Shown here in pieces: positions 63,217 through 64,000 of a stretch of DNA of 64,000 bases (the first letter of the stretch is position 1; every line of letters begins with the position of its first letter). Source of the DNA: Octopus vulgaris (lineage: Eukaryota); assembly GCA_951406725.2 (NCBI GenBank), contig OX597816.1, positions 12,090,001 to 12,154,000 on the forward strand, given 5' to 3'. The notes below the pieces were generated by a model that was given only the letters and a program-made list of their open reading frames with translations, searched no databases and was not told the origin of the DNA. The translations under genes were made by a program, and so were the position numbers.

Positions 63217-63780
63217 AATGGTTTGCTTGCTTGAAGGTGGCAAGCTGGTAGACTCATTAGCACGCCGGGCGAAATGCTTAGTGGCATTTTGTCTGCCATT
63301 CCGTTCTGAGATCAAATTCCGCCGAGGTCGATTTTACCTTTCATTCTTTTGGGGTCAATTAAATAAGTACCACTTACGCACTGGGGTCAATGTCCTTGTT
63401 TGTCCAATCTATGTTTAGCCCCCTGTGGACAAGAAAAAAAAAATGGTTTGCTTGCCTGAAGGTGACAAGCTAGCAGACTCATTAGCAGACCAGGCGAAAT
63501 GCTTAATGGCAGTTTGTCTGTCGCTATGTTCTGAGATCAAATTCCGCCGAGGTCAACTTTGCCTTTCATCCTTTCGGGGTCGATTAAATGTGTACCAGTT
63601 ATGCACTGGGGTCGATGTAATTGACTTAATCCCTTTGTATGTCCTTCTTTGTCCCATCTATGTTTAGCCCCTTGTGGGCAATAAAGAAATAAGAAATAAG
63701 AAATGTTAGCATGTCGGACGAGATGCTTAGTGGTATTTCGTCTGTCTTTAAGTTCTGAGTTCAAATTCCGCTGAGGTCGT
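63217..63780 (+). mobile_element. Tandem SINE family 1 copies; the first two share their 5' flank and private variants
   Basis: aatggtttgcttgc(t/c)tgaaggtg precedes both; both carry gactcattagca and ctgagatcaaatt. Confidence 0.8.
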
Positions 63781-64000
63781 TTCCAATTGCCCCGGGCCTA
63801 CTCGTGGTTTGTGAAACTGTGTGGAAGCCCATCTTGTGTGTGTATGTATGTATATATGTGCGTGTGTGTGTGTGTGTCTTTGTGCTTGTGCATCACCACC
63901 ACTTAAAATTACACACACATACATAAGTAGGTTATCATTCAGCCGACATACATACATGCACGCACACACACACTCACAAACACGTGTGGATACAAAAGCA

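Overview
AT-rich, repeat-saturated eukaryotic DNA, intronic or intergenic. The SINE repertoire and microsatellite style look like a coleoid cephalopod, most likely Octopus; this is recognition from memory, not a search. I can support no intact host protein-coding gene: nearly all supplied ORFs are translations of microsatellites or SINEs. The window holds four tRNA-derived or RTE-related SINE families and decayed Penelope-like (GIY-YIG), RTE, CR1 and R4/Dong-type retroelements. It also holds mariner/Tc1, Tc2-like, piggyBac-like, hAT-like and Helitron non-autonomous elements, a 19-bp minisatellite and large tri/tetranucleotide fields. The least expected signal is a dense, diverse set of minimal type-I hammerhead ribozyme motifs (about 18 by eye, intact to decayed). 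They occur in the 3' flank of the Penelope remnant, inside fold-back palindromes, and as the tail of an element with a tRNA-like head. Coordinates were read by eye and element edges are approximate.
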